This document shows positions 1-13,380 of a stretch of 40,406 bases of DNA, piece by piece. The notes beneath the pieces were generated by a model. The model was not told where the DNA came from, ran no database searches, and saw nothing but the letters and a program-made list of their open reading frames with translations. The number at the start of each line of letters is the position of its first letter. Position 1 is the stretch's first letter. Source of the DNA: Dicyema japonicum (lineage: Eukaryota; Animalia; Dicyemida); NCBI GenBank assembly GCA_011109175.1, contig RDEW01000018.1, forward strand, positions 252,638 to 293,043, given 5' to 3'. The translations under genes and the position numbers were made by a program.

Positions 1-665
1 GCATGGGATCAATGCACTCCCAGTTGCAGTGTCGGCGACCCATCTGACGACGATACTGTCCGCATCGGCATCTCCACCAGACTTGGACTGGAGATTGCCG
101 GACCCACCAAATGCCGATGTGCGAAACCGTCGATTGTTATGGACTCCATGCCCTCTCTTGTCGAAGGAGTGCAGGACGATTCCCAAGACACAAGGCGATC
201 AACGGAATTGTCAAGCGAGCCCTGGAGTCTGCGGATACCCAGCCATAACTAGAACCTGTTGGTCTGGACAGGAGGAGACGGAAAACGTCCCGACGGATCA
301 CAATTTTCCCATTCGAAGAGGGGAAACCTTGGTCTGCGGACACTACTTGTGTCGACACGCTTTGCCCGTCCAACATGTCGGAGCGCGGTAGACACACTGT
401 ATTCCGCGGAAAAAACGATGATGGCAAAGGAGAAGAAGTACGAAGCGCTACGCGACCGATTCGCGTTTTATCCGATAGTGGTCGAGACAACTGGAGGAAT
501 AAGTGGAAAATCGCTTCGCTTTCCTAAAGAAACTTGGACGCTTAGCTACACTAAAAGCCACGACGCACGTGAGACCCGGTGGCTACTCCAGTTGATCTCT
601 GTTGCAATCGTGAGAGGCAACGCAACGTCGATAATGTCGCGGGGTCCACTTTGGATGGATGGCAG
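1..665 (+). mobile_element. CRE-type non-LTR retrotransposon 3' fragment (CCHC zinc knuckle + restriction-like endonuclease), frameshifted
   Basis: Across frames: [69 protein letters not shown]. Confidence 0.85.
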
Positions 666-738
666 TTTTAAAATATGCTTTACTGGGGATAAATTAACTG
701 ATTATTTTATTTATTTGAAATATTAATTATAAACTTTA

Positions 739-953
739 TGAAAAAAATAAAAGAATGGAGGCAAAATGGATTTAAACCTATTATTGAAATGACTGCACCA
801 AAAATTAGCCAACAAATTATTTCTCTTACACGCTGTCAGGCATCCTCTGCATCTGTTGAAAGAGCTATTAAAATGCTAAAAATATTTTAAAAAAGGATAG
901 GAACTTCCATCCAGACAATATCAAGCATTACTTTTTATTATATTACAATAAAT
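739..953 (+). pseudogene. hAT-like transposase C-terminal (dimerisation) remnant
   Basis: QASSASVERAIKML..KKDRNFHPDNIKHYFLLYYNK* resembles the hAT S..VERxFS motif. Confidence 0.5.
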
Positions 954-1029
954 AAAATTTAAATGTTATATTTTTTAATGTGGACGTATTTTCGACCATA
1001 TCAATAGAATCCTGAGACATCGATTTTGT

Positions 1030-2170
1030 AATACCTCTAGCTTGCTCTGTGCCGATATTGATAAGGGGCAATCCATGCAGCACAGGCGTACTCGATACTA
1101 GGTAGAAAGAATTGTTTGTATAGAAGCTCTAACGATAAGCGGAAAGATACTGGAGAGTGAGTGAAAGCCTTGAGAATTCCAATTTTCTTTTGGATCCTCG
1201 CGGTTACTAGGTCCACTTGGTTAGTAAATGTGTGGAAGGGATCCAGAATGACTCCAAAGATTGAAAGCGTCTTCTTAATGGGAAGCGGGAGTCATACAAT
1301 TTTATTTTTGGTGTTGCCCGTATATCTTTTAGTGCTGAGGTAAACGTCATTACATGTGACTTTCCTGGTGATATATTCAGACGGTTCTTGGCCTATTCGA
1401 CCGTTGATGAAGTTAGCCAACCATGACTTGAATTTAGGGTGGATCGACGTCGTAAAAATTTTTGCTGTAAGGATTTACCGGGATACTGAATCAAAAGTCT
1501 TCTCTACATCCACATGGACCAGCACGGTTCTCTCATGTGGATTTGGAGTAATCAGGCCGTCCGAAATGAATTGAACCAGTTTTGTTAGATGTTTTGTTGT
1601 GGAGTGTCCTTCGTGGAATTCTTGTAGAAAACATGGTAGAGTTATGAAAGGACGGATCTTGTGAAGGACCAGTTTTTCTAAAACTCGTGATAAGGCGCAA
1701 ATGATAGATACCGGGCGGTAGGAGAACGGGCAGATTAGTGGTTTGTTTTTTTCAGGATAGAGTGTATCAAGGATTTCTTCCATATTTACGGAATCTTGTT
1801 CTCGTTTATTGAGAGGTTGAAAATGTGTGTTATTGGGGCCGTCGCGGAAGGACCCAGGTGTTTCAGTTCGAGAATGGAGATGTCATCTGAACCGCGGGAT
1901 GACGAGTTATTCATTTCCTGATTACTGAGTGCACCATTGAAGGGTCGGAGAAAGTCATGTTGGGACATTTATTCCTTCGACCATTGCCAGAACGAACATC
2001 CAGGTCTTTTGAATATGGTTTATGACTAATATTCACATAGTACTTCATAATGTCATTGGGATTTGGATATGGCTCTCGATGTCTAATTAAATGTGGAGAG
2101 CACTTCTTGTGCCTCCTTATCGATTTCCATAATACAATGGGGAAGTATTGTTCGGGAGTGCAATAATAAT
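1030..2170 (-). mobile_element. Jockey/I-group LINE reverse transcriptase remnant
   Basis: SYRPVSIICALSRVLEKLV, FHEGHST, DVEKTFDSV, IFGVILD, LYKQFFLPSIEYACAAW; stops and deletions present. Confidence 0.8.
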
Positions 2171-2584
2171 AATTTTCTAAAAATAATAATTTCATATTAA
2201 AATGCACAAAATTATCTATAAAATTAAATATTGATTAATTTTTAGTAAAAATGACAGATTTGATAGCTGTCCAAATCTCCTCCAGTGTTCGATAGCGCTC
2301 ATCGCTAGCGACATAATCATTTATTCAACAATCCAAGACTACAGTCAAACCAAACTAATTATCACATATCCCGATGCATTTTAACAGCGACCTCATATTT
2401 TCCCGGTGTTCTTCCCTCGTGCCCTTGCTTGAACGTACAGGATGGCTGACTGATTTTTCAGGGCCACACTCCATGATCTGGAGTCTAGTCTCATAAGGGT
2501 CTCCAGGGGCGTCGGTCTGGTTCGGTGATCTCCACAAATCCAATGCTCAGTTACTCTGAAAGTCCTCATTTGCAATTCTTTGGT

Positions 2585-2858
2585 CTTTCTCATGTAAATC
2601 TGAGCTTAGGCAGGACTCACACTATTTAAGAAGTTAGAAAAGTCATGCTAATTAATCAAAGGGATTGAATATGTTCATGAATTCTCATTCTTTTTTTGCA
2701 ACTGTGTGAGTCCCAGAAGACAATCCGGTTCCGGAGGTAATGAATCACTGATGACGGCGTCACTCGTCAAACCAGAAGCATCGTATATGCGTGTAAACTT
2801 CAACCGAATGGACAGCAGAAAGATTTGAACCCGGAACTTATTACACTTGGCCTGAGTC
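2585..2858 (-). mobile_element. Diverged copy of tRNA-derived SINE
   Basis: Shares core ctgatgacggcgtcactcgtca..gcatcgta.atgcgtg, B-box-like GGTTCAAATC and tail segment gtcctgccta with the copies at 13.6 and 22.0 kb. Confidence 0.75.
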
Positions 2859-3539
2859 AGAGTCATTAATAATTTTATTTGCAATCAAACTCAAGCACTT
2901 GTTAAATTAAAATAAGGAGACAAAAATAATTAATGAGTTTTTGAATCGTTGCTGGGGGACAATTAGTGATACGCCATATGTCTCTTCTCCTTTAATAATC
3001 CCATCCACCAAACATTTTTTTATTTAACACCCAAGACCACGGTAACCAAACATGATTGTTCTATCCATGTGGTTTCTAATAGTTCTTATACCACCATCAT
3101 AATTTGGTTGAATTTTGGATCCACGTGCAATAGCATCTCCTTGATTTATCCGAAAGCTCAATGAATTCGCCTGCTTCGCTTACATACCATTCCTGAAAAC
3201 CATAAACTAAAAAAAGTTTTATGCTTGTTTTATGAAGAAAATATAGGAACATTTCTTTATTCAGATGAAAGCTTAACAGCGATTTTAGCATCATCGTAGC
3301 TTATTTCTTTCTTATATTGTTTTGATTTATTAAAGATCCAGGTCTTAGCAACACACAATAAAGGGAATTTAGGTATTTCAATGCATTGGTTTGCACGTAT
3401 TCACGTAATCGTTAGCTTTCTTAATGTTTTTGAATATATATTTTCCTTAATTTTTTCAATATGGTTCAAAACCACATTCGAGGATATGTTTATACTAAAA
3501 ATTTAATTATAATCTTATTATACTGAAAAACCTATAGCT

Positions 3540-4078
3540 AAAACGAAAAGGGAATAACATAAAACAAAGGATTATGTTATACGACACTATCAAACCAATC
3601 CTCCAATACAACTCTGGGACCAAGGCCACCTCAAAAGAGGAATTGGAGAGGCTAGACTCGTTTCACAGGAATCATCTAAGAAACATAACTGGAATATCCT
3701 GGCCATCCAAGATCTCGCGGAAAGGACTGTACAGTAAGTATGACTGTACAGCATTAAGTCTCGAGATCATTAGCTCTCGTTGAAGACTTTTTGGACACGT
3801 CCTGAGGTTGGACCCAATATCTTCCCCGAATATCGCAATGGAAGATTACTACTCCTCCAATGTAAAACGCTTTCGTGGAAGACCTAGAACAACCGTCCCG
3901 GTCGTTTCACAAAACGATCTGAAAACCGTGAAGAAAACATTGCCACGACCTGGACACACTGAGGGATCTGGCTAAGAACAGAAGAGCTTGGAGCAAGCTA
4001 ACTCTTTCTCTTATATTTTTTGTGCACATGTGGAGCTATAAATATTATGGCTCTCGTGAAAGTGCTAATAATAATACT
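3540..4078 (+). mobile_element. RTE-like LINE 3' end (RT C-terminus, 3' hairpin, (TAA)n tail)
   Basis: LYDTIKPILQYNSGT..LDSFHRNHLR.I.GI.WP..IS, LFGHVLRL, FRGRPRTT; ends gtgaaagtgct-aataataata. Confidence 0.8.
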
Positions 4079-4371
4079 AAGAGTTAATAACTAAGTGAAT
4101 GTAAGCCTGGACTCCATGGTTCCCTCTCTAAATTGAGAATGCAACTTGCTCGAATATCTACTGGAAATCGTCAAAACGTGCGGAAGATCCCAAGTCGAGC
4201 TAAGAATTTCAGCGTCGCAGATCAGACGTAGTTTTCACAGCGAGAAAAGTAATGCCAAGTAGGTCAGCATATTTTTTCTTTCAATATTTCAACTTTCACA
4301 ACAGTCGAGCAGGCTTTGGATAAGTTTAGGCGATATCCGTGCAGATAACGTCCCAGACCATAGGTTTCCAG

Positions 4372-5840
4372 GGTACTACGACATTTGGCCGACAGACGTT
4401 TAGCCGACAATTCAATCAAGCATAAATGATCAATAAATACACTATGTATTTTAATAACGGTAAAAAATGGAATTTTCACAAACCACTGGAAAGAGAAAAC
4501 TTCTGCATGATGGCTATGCGTACATTATGAATAAACAGAGAGACAATGTCATATATTGGAGATGTGAGCTGAAAGGAAAATGCAAAGGCAGAGTAAGAAC
4601 TGTTAACGAAGAACTTAATGGAACTAAGACACCACACGAACATCCACCAAATGCAGGACGTTTACATGCGCTGAAAACCGTCAATATGATAAAGAAGAGA
4701 GCGAGAGATTCTGAAGAAACTACATCCACAGTTATCCAAAATTGTTTAAGCACATACCCTATTGATGCTGCTTGTGCGCTACCCAAAAAAGAAACCCTTG
4801 CAGTACTGTTCGACGACAGCGTACAGATCAAATACAAAACGGTAATGTTCTAACTGATGAACTTAAAAGTTCTCTCAGAAGAGATGATTTTGTCCTACAC
4901 GATAGTGATGAATTGCTTATATTAACAAAAGCAAGAAACCTTGGTCTATGAAAGAACATTGGTTATGTGATGGTACTTTTGATTCAGCTCCATTAGGTTT
5001 TCAGTTATACACTATACATGTTACATTATGTGAAACATGTACGGTTCCATTAGTGTACGCTATTGCTCGAGAAAAATCTCAACGAATGTATGAACAAATA
5101 TTTTCAACACTGAAAGAGAAAAGGCCACAATTGAATCTACTATCATTTACCATAAATTATGAGCGAGCAACGATCAATGCTATCAACAGAATTTTTCCAA
5201 ATGCAAATGTGTATGGCTGCTACTTTCACTTTGGGCAGTGTTTATGGCGAAAAATACAAAATCTAGGACTGCAGGCATGGTATAATGACCCAGCAAATGC
5301 AAACTTAATTAAAAGTATTCAAGCACTGGCATTTGTTCCTGTACCTCAAGTCATTGAGAGATTCCGAGCGCTCCTTGAAACTATAGATGACGAGACTGAT
5401 GACGTGTTGGGAGATTTTCTGACCTATTTTGAGACAACATGGATCGGAGCCTTGCAATGTGAAGGAGAAGAAGAACTACGAATTCACTTGAAGGATGGCA
5501 CAGATCTTTTTCACAGAGTGTCTATAAAACATCAAACCGTTTGTCGGCTTGTTGCAAAAATACGAAATGAACAGTCGGAGTGGGAGTTCACAGTAGAACA
5601 AGTGATGGCCGGAATAACAATAAGACAAGTAAAGAAGTACCAGGATGTGAACAAAGAGAAAAACAGTATTATTGAAAAATATGATGAATACACTCCAGTA
5701 GAATTTTTGACTGCGCTTTCTCATTAACCTTTAAGTAAATGTTTTTATCTTGAATTTTATCTCTGAATTTTAAAACCAGAATTTCCTGTAGGCTAAATGT
5801 CCTATCGGTCTAATATCTATCGGCCAAATGTCTGGACACC
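4372..5840 (+). mobile_element. Mutator-like (MULE) DNA transposon with TIRs and 9-bp TSD
   Basis: TSD ggtttccag at 4363-4371 and 5841-5849; imperfect TIRs ggt....gacatttggccga.aga at both ends. Confidence 0.92.
4467..5727 (+). pseudogene. FLYWCH zinc finger + MULE transposase, disrupted
   Basis: FLYWCH GYAY..YWRC..CKGR..HEHPP; MULE DGTF..QLYTIH, CYFHFGQ; frameshift near 4810-4950, second catalytic Asp reads N (INYE), C-terminal RTNN..E motif missing. Confidence 0.85.
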
Positions 5841-6349
5841 GGTTTCCAGCTTCAAATGGAATCCTATCTTTCCTCTTTTCCACCATTCCTACAAAAGCGA
5901 ACAGTTTTTATGAAAGACAGAGAATCAGTTGCATCCATAGCCCGTCTGACGACCGCTTGTGTCTGGGAGACCTTCCAGCAACTTTCCTACAGGCGAATGG
6001 GCGTAGACTAAAACAGTCGATCTAGTCAGCGCATCGCCACAAATGTGGCACATAAATCTTAAGTTCAAGAAGTAATCAAACTCAAATTATAATGGAATCA
6101 TCGTCCAGAAACGTTAAAAGTGCTTCGCTTGAGATGGTGTTGAGGCAGGCCTCACTCTCGGAAGAAGCTTTAGACAAGCCATGTCAGTGCTGGTTCGATG
6201 ACTTTAATAGATTTTCAACATAATTTGTTAATAATGTCATTTTTCTGTTTTTGAATAAAGGTTAAGCACTAAAGAGTTAGTTTGGTTCCTCTGTGATCTA
6301 TGGAATTTTTCTTTCATTCAATCTACTGTTTGATTTCATGGAATCCACA

Positions 6350-6860
6350 ACGTCCTGTTTGAGGAATACTCAAAGAAGCAGGCCACAATGCCGGTCAGAG
6401 TTGCATGCTTGGAATTCGCAACCCTGTAGACATTTCTCTCCCTGCTTATACTTGTCGCTAATGATTTGATTTGTAACACCTTTGACAAGAGGATTCTACA
6501 TTCCCTCCCTGAATTCTCTACTGACCAGGACGCCGGTCATGCTCGTGAGGAGTCGTACCTATCAGTTTTCCCAACCTTCCATGTTCTCTCAACGGTGTCT
6601 GGACAATGCCGTATACCGGAAGTATTTTGAAGATTTGCTGATGTCACCTAGCCAACATCGCCGTGCTTATTTGTTGTCGGATGCGTCTTCTGAGAAAGGT
6701 GCCTTGCTCAACACCATTCATAATGGAGTTTTGGGTACTTTTCTGGATGATGAATGCGTCCGCATTGGGATCTTATTACGACTCGAGTAAAAAAGATATA
6801 CAGGTTCCTCAGAGATGGGATGAGACTACCAATGGAGAGATTAACGATTTACTAAAGCGG
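6350..6860 (+). mobile_element. CRE-type retrotransposon fragment (RT thumb to RLE linker)
   Basis: QATMPVRV..GIRN..SLPAY; QRCLDNAVY..GALLNTIHNGVLGTFLDDECVRIGILLRL. Confidence 0.7.
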
Positions 6861-6889
6861 AAACCACTCCTCTGATACGTCAGGGATTC

Positions 6890-8340
6890 TCAATTGGGCG
6901 ATATACCGTACGACTGGGACAAGGAGCTGCCACTGAGAAGCAAAAACTGTCACTGATTCGACCACTTTGCGAGAAAATGCAATGGAACAAGAAAGCTACT
7001 TCGATGTGGATGACTGATTAGTCAACCGGGGTGCCCGGTACAAACCAACGGAAGATCATGTATAAACTGCAGGTCAACCAACCAAAGAGGGAGCTATGGT
7101 AGCTGTCTAGTGGCTAATTTTTGCAGGGCCACTTAGATAAGATTAGATGTTATCATGTAAAACACGAGAGGCTTAGGAGTGAGAATTCCTTCAACACAAG
7201 CAACAAATTGAGAAATCAGATATAGACAGACAGATGACAAATTAAAAGACGTTGTAGAACAGGATGAAAGACATGAAATGGGTACATATTCAAACTTGAA
7301 AGTTCAAGGAACTAACCTATCTCATAAACAGACTGAACGAGGAATTTGGAAAAACCAACTTAAATTTACTGTAAGTGGTGGGTGGCCCTGGTCTTGAAAA
7401 GGTCAAGTCACTAACAAAAGTTCTGAGAGGCCTAAAGATTATACTCGTGAACGCCCACTCTGATGTAAAGAGGCTTCAGGAGCTAGATGAGGGATCTGAG
7501 AAGGAAAACATCATAGTTATTGTCGAAACAAAATCCAAGGAGTTATTTACCAAGGAGTTATTTACTATAAAAAAACTTATAGAATTCCAATTTTCTTTTG
7601 GCTCCTCGATGTTACCAGGACCACTTAACAAAGCAATGTCTTTAACTTGGAGAGATGGAGTTTTTAGCGGGACGGGGGGTGCCTCGATGTTACCAGGACC
7701 ACTTAACAAAGCAATGTCTTTAACTTGGAGAGATGGAGTTTTAGCGGGACGGGGGTGCCTATTTTCTGCTGTCGGCACCTTCTAGTTGGGGATCTGACGT
7801 TATATGATTTTTTGGTGATCGATGCGGTCTTATTTGACAGGTTCTGTCGGTAGACTGTACTCAAAAAACCCGAGGAGAAGAGCATAAACGATTGAAAATC
7901 ACTTGAGTTATACAAGAGAGTCAATTGTGATTGAGGACCTCAATTCCAAACACCAAAGCATTAGCTGGAGGATCGCGAACAAAAATACATGGATAACGGC
8001 AGGAGTCAATTTATTTGATAGTCCGATCTCCACCACGAAGACCCGTCCTCTAGGGAGTCATCCTGGATCCCTGTTATCATTCACATATTAAGTGGTCCTG
8101 GTAACATCGAGGAGCCAAAAGAAAATTGGAATTCTATAAGTTTTTTTTTCACATTTTCTGTATTTTCCATAACTTCGTTGGAGCTTCTAAACAGATTGTT
8201 GCAATTAGCACTGAGTACGCCTGCACAGCATGGATTGGCATCTTTCGGCGCAGAGATAACTGAGGCGATGCGATATATTGAGACCGTATAGTTTTTTTAG
8301 ACATACGTGCAATTGAGGACGTCACCACTTCAACCAAAAT
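6890..8340 (+). mobile_element. Heavily deleted Jockey/I-like LINE: ORF1 triple zinc knuckle, AP endonuclease pieces, RT C-terminus
   Basis: NCH*FDHFARKC..RCG..GCP..CINCRSTN..SYGSC; LKIILVNAHS..VETK; IVIEDLNSKH..SW; LGVILDP..KKIGIL; EYACTAW. Confidence 0.7.
7570..8148. repeat. About 60-bp inverted repeat (7570-7628 vs 8088-8148) plus a 78-bp tandem duplication (7604-7760)
   Basis: aaacttatagaattcc..ggaccacttaa is the exact reverse complement of ttaagtggtcc..ctataagttt; unit cctcgatgttaccagga.. starts at 7604 and 7682. Confidence 0.9.
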
Positions 8341-8399
8341 AAGTAGAATTATTATTATAACCTGGGAACCCAGGAAAGAGGAAAAAGTTATCTTCTAAT

Positions 8400-8790
8400 T
8401 AAGTGATCCCGGTGTCAGTGCATCCTCCTTTGTTTTGATTGTTTGCAATCTTTTATGATTGTCCAAAAAGGGGAAGGTTTGATCTCAAATTTGCAAGCAT
8501 ACTTCTGGTAAGCAAGAAACTCATCTTCAAGGGGGCTACCAGAAGATCGCACCATTTTCAAGAATTTTTGTTGTTCGTCACCGAGATGTTCCATAGATTT
8601 TTTTGAGATCTAATGTGTTCCTATTTCTGACGTAGGCATCATTCTGTCACATTTTAAAAGGATCTGGAGGCATTGGTTTTGTACGACCTCTAATTTGTTC
8701 TGCGTGGATATTGACAAGGGTGTAATCCACGCCGTACATGCATGTTCCTTTGTCGGTGGAATATACTGTTTTTTTACCATAATCTATGCA
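8400..8790 (-). mobile_element. Jockey/I-like LINE RT C-terminal remnant
   Basis: ACTAWITPLSISTQNKLEVVQNQCLQILL. Confidence 0.6.
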
Positions 8791-9599
8791 GTAGAATTTA
8801 TAGATTCAATTAAATTTGAACAAGATCCGTGATATCAAATTATATCTTGAAAAAACAAGTAAATGCCATTGAGAGATATTAAAAATGCGAAATTAAAGAG
8901 TTTTGTCCAGAATTTTTTGCAAACTTATAGATTTGTCCTGGATAAATATTTTGGTAGAAATAAGTTTTTCCACGTTAAATAAAATGCTCGAAAAAATTGA
9001 AACTTTAATGATGAAAATTTAAAGATTATTTGATGCTTTATTTCAATAAATTTGATTAAAATTAAGCAAAAAACATTAACTACACGAAAGTAATAAGGTT
9101 ATATTTGTGGTAGCCCTAGTTATTACGGTAAATTTAATGGATTCCTTAATATTTGAGGCAAATTAAGAAGATTAATTTGTTTCCACATGAATGATAATCA
9201 ACTCAAATGGAAAATTGTAGATAAAAAATATTAAATAAAAATTAAATTAATCTTAAGCAAATATATGTTTTTCATTTTCATAATTCATTATTATAAATTT
9301 TGTTTTATATATTAAAATTTTTGTTCTAGTGGTGGTGTGTCTGTTTTCACCAGTTTGCAAACAAATCCTGAGGGCCGTCTTACAGAGAATATTGAAGATA
9401 GAATCCAATTAGAAGTGAGAATTGTGTCTTCAGAACTACATGATGCCAATGGAACTAGCATACGATCTCCTGTGGGAAATGTTCCTGCTCATCTGCTGTC
9501 CCTCAAAGCATTAATCACTGAGATTCGATCAGGTGACAGGATCAAGTGGATCTCAATGGTTGTCAACTCGAGAATTGTGTCTTAGTCTATGAGTTTACT

Positions 9600-11630
9600 G
9601 GAAGCAGTCAAAGGAAGAAAAAAAGAAAAAGCTTGATGTTTTATGCTCGTTTGGAACAAGAAATCAAAGAAGGGAGAACTGAAAAGAATTTCTACCCTAA
9701 TTGAAGGCAAAATCAAGATCATGGAGAAAAAAATCTCAATTCATGAATCAAGAAAATCCTTTAGAAGAGATAATTTTTGTTTTGAGCTGAACAAAAGGAG
9801 GTTTTATCGGAGACTCAACGATGACGTCAATAATAGTGATTGTAAAGTTACAGAAGATGAGTGCGTGTCATTTTGGAAAGATGTATGGGAAAAGGATCAG
9901 AATTATTCTCACATAAATATTGTTGGGAGACGAATAACAGGAGCAGAGGAGTTACCGTTAGATATGACAGTTGAGTTCGCTAAGAACATTATTCACTATA
10001 CGCGAATTGGAAGAGCTCTGGCTGTAATGGAGAATATGGATTTTTTGTCAATAAATTTATTCTCTTCATAGTTATCTGAGTAAAGAGATTATCAAGATAG
10101 TGAGTGGTGAATATTGCCCGGAAGAATTGTTCTATACAGGGATTACGTACCTCATTCCGAAAAAGAAGACTGATGTTCTCCGAATGACATACGGCCAATT
10201 ACGTGCATGCCTATATTGTATAAACTTGGCACAAAATGTGTTAATACAAAACTTACGGATTATATTGAAGGGTTCAAAATTATCTCGGATAATCTTGGAG
10301 CAAGAAGGCAGAGCCAAGGTGCAAAGAGCAGGCTTTAATAAATCAGTTTGTTAATGCTAACATGGAAATAGCTTATTCACAACATGATCGATGTGAAGAA
10401 GGCTTTTCTGTCAATCGTGAATTTTTGTGTTGGGTTTTTGATAGCTCTGGAGTTCCGGAATGGATTGTGAAGTTTATCAAGAATCTAATAAGCAAGTGGA
10501 ATGTTATTTTGAACATAACAAAAAAAGAATTGGAAATATCAAACTCGGGAGAGAAATCTTGCAAGAGACTCACTCACTTCCCAGCTGTTTATTCTGGTAA
10601 TGGACCCACTAAGCCGAATATTAAATATAAAATTTCCGAAGATATGTATTGATCAGAGTGATCCGTCTATTGTGACATATGCGACTAACTATTTTCTTTT
10701 TATCGACGCCCTAAAATAATCACGAATGTGAAGATACTATTCTAAATGATGGAGGATATTGATGAATATCTGGGTGTTGTTGGCCTTAAAAGAAACTGTA
10801 AAAGTCTGCAACTAATCTGAAGTGTGCCAAAGATACAAGTTATCTGGATGGTTGTGAGGGATATCGCAATCTTGGAGTATTAGAAGACAAAGGGAGTAAA
10901 GTTATGAAGTTATGAAAGACAAAGTTATGGAAAAAATTGCTGAAAATGTGAAGAAAAGGATAGAGATGCTGGCGAATTCGAAATTAAACGCTGTAAACTT
11001 GTTTAAACGATAAATGAATACGCACTCTCGCTATATAATTATTATATTGGGCTTATCGACATTGAACCACGTGAATTCGAAGCTATTGATTTAGAAATCC
11101 GGCGTATATAGTGCACTTAAAACCTGCTAACAAAGAAAGATTATATCTCAGCAGGAATAGTTTTGGAAGAGGATTAACCTCCTGATAAAAGTGAATGCAT
11201 GTTATTTCAATATTTGACCGACCTTGAGAGCAGGAATACATATGTCTTCGAAGGACAGGAATACATATAAAACAAAGGAAAACACATATGACCACTATCG
11301 CAAGATTTATTGCACTCAAATATAATGTGGATGACCTATCTGACTTGAACACTGACAATATAAAGGAATATCAAAAGAAGAATTATTTGGAGATGACTAA
11401 TCAGAAATTGCTTCATTCAATTATATTTAAGTGTTTTGAAAATACGAATGTCGATATCAATGGATCAACAGAATGGTTACTGGGGAAACAATAGTCCAAG
11501 GTCGGAAGCAATGTACTGCATGATACAGGATCGGAATCTGTTCTTTGAAGAGATGAAACCAAATTGCAGTCATTGTGGTATGGCCAAAAACTGTGGATCA
11601 CCTGGCTACATGATGTACCAGGATGCTTAT
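9600..11630 (+). mobile_element. R4/Dong-like (RLE-class) non-LTR retrotransposon RT pseudogene, 3' truncated by an RTE copy
   Basis: FYRRLN, FWKDVW, NWKSSG, TGITYLIPKK, RPITCMP, QGAKEQALINK, IDVKKAF, LVMDPLSR, LFIDALK (for LFMDDLK), ERLYLSR..GRGL, QDRNLF, CSHC; many frameshifts. Confidence 0.8.
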
Positions 11631-12740
11631 TTTTATTATTTAAGCACTTCACGAGAGCCATACTACTTATAGCCCCGCATGTGCGGCAAAAGAAACAATG
11701 TTAGTTGTCATTCTTTTCCATGCTCCCTTGTTCCTAGCAAAGGCTCTCATAGTGTCAAGGTCGTCGGCAGTTTTTAGATTTCTTTTAATATTGACTAGGT
11801 CTTTTTGTAAAACTATTGGCAGTGCTGTTCTAGGTCTTCCACGATAGCGGCCTTCTTGACTAACATAGTATGTTTCCATAGATATGTTCGGTGGTGATTT
11901 TAATCACGTGTCCATCGGGATTCCAGTACTTCTAAGCTGATAGGTCTAGTGCTGCATCTCTTAAATAGAGCATTTCTCGATATTCTCGTAGGCCAAGTAG
12001 TTCCTGTTATTTTTTTCAGCTGACCTCTGTGGAATGAGTCTAGTCTTTCCATATCCGCTGATGAGGTCGCCCAAGTTCCAGCGTTATATTAAAGTACGGG
12101 TTTTATGAATGAGTTGTATAGTTGGATTCTCATTTTCGTGTCGATGCCTTTTTGATTGAGCCATAAATTCTTCAGTTTATATAACGCAGCATTGGCTAGA
12201 GTTTCCTACGTAAATATCTTCGCTATCTCCCAAAGTGAACCGAGTTTTTACTTGTCGGCACTTTTCTTCTAGGACGTTACTCATCCTTCTTATCTCTGTG
12301 AGTTTTTTTCTCTTTGTAAACAGTAAGAAACCATTTCCCTAGTACATTTGGTGCTTTTTCTAATAGATGTTTCAGGACCTCTTTGTCTTCATAAATTGTT
12401 CCAGGACTCTTTGTCTTCAGAATTACACAGGTTTTCCAAGACCTCTTTGTTTTCAGAATTACATCGTCCGCATAGATCACTTTTTCCGTCTTTCCTTGGT
12501 ATAACAGTCTAAGTTCCCTCATAGCGGCTTCCAAATAAATTGTGAATAGTAGAGGAGAAAGGGAGTCTCTTTGTGGAGTGCCCGTATTAGTTTCAAATTT
12601 TCTTGAATAGGTCTTTCCGACTCTCACAAGGAGCTCACTATTGGAAAGTAGAATTCGGGTCATCCTTAGACTCGACTCATTAAGAAATCCGCTCAGTACC
12701 CCATTAACTTGTTTTGATATAGGATGGAGTAGCAACAAAG
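11627..12740 (-). mobile_element. RTE-like LINE RT fragment with intact 3' end
   Basis: TGTPQRDSLSPLLFTIYLE, YADD, NAGTWA..LDSFHR, YRGRPRTALP; ends gtgaagtgct + taaataataa. Confidence 0.85.
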
Positions 12741-12974
12741 TACTACAAGTCCTATATGGAGAGACTCAACGTGGATGTCTCTACAAGGGCGTACAACCAA
12801 TCAATGACGATTAAAAAAACTTTAGAGAGCATGATAATCGAGCATAGACATGGGCTGAAAGTTGATAACTATGATGATGAGGTTACAAGAGTGACTAATC
12901 TTCTTATCTCAAGAGGCTCTGAACTCAGAGGTGACGTCGAAGAGGAACCAAGAGAATTAATTAGTTACAATTGA
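12720..12974 (+). pseudogene. Unknown repeated protein family, copy 1
   Basis: KYYKSYMERLNVDVSTRAYNQSMTIKKTLESMIIEHRHG; homologous to 15.1 kb and 31.7 kb. Confidence 0.55.
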
Positions 12975-13130
12975 TTTTCTTTAATTTGAACCTTATGAAT
13001 TTATTTTATAAATTTTGTTTTCATTAATATAAATTAATAATATGTCTCACAAAATGTTTTTCTACATTTAAAGCAAGGCTGGTAAGATACGACCACGTGC
13101 TTCAAAGATGGATGAATTGAGTATTTGCAA

Positions 13131-13380
13131 TTATTATTATTAAAAAGCACTTTCACAGAACCAAAGAACGTTATATTAACTAAGGTCCCGTTTGTGCCAC
13201 ACGTTTCACAATCTGTCTCACTAGGCGTCTCCATCGCCCTCTACTTTGCGCATCTGTCCTTAGATCTTCTAGGTCTTCTACAGATTTAAGATTTCTTCTA
13301 ATCCCATAAAAGATCCCTGTTCAGAGCCACGGGTAGAGTGACTCTGGGTCTTCCTCTGAATGATGGTTTGTTCTCATTGT
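13131..13380 (-). mobile_element. RTE-like LINE 3' end
   Basis: FRGRPRVTLPVALKRDL; ends hairpin + gtgaaagtgct + (taa)n. Confidence 0.75.

Larger units (their letters stand above)
4100..6230 (-). mobile_element. CRE-type retrotransposon RLE remnant, split by the Mutator insertion
   Basis: Removing 4372-5840 plus one TSD rejoins IPFEAG/KPMVWDVICTD..KEKKYADL; upstream TFLDDDSI..VPHLWRC. Confidence 0.7.

Noticed and set aside
2940-3300. Possible hAT transposase remnant (QPNYDGG) on the minus strand
   Set aside because: Too degenerate to support
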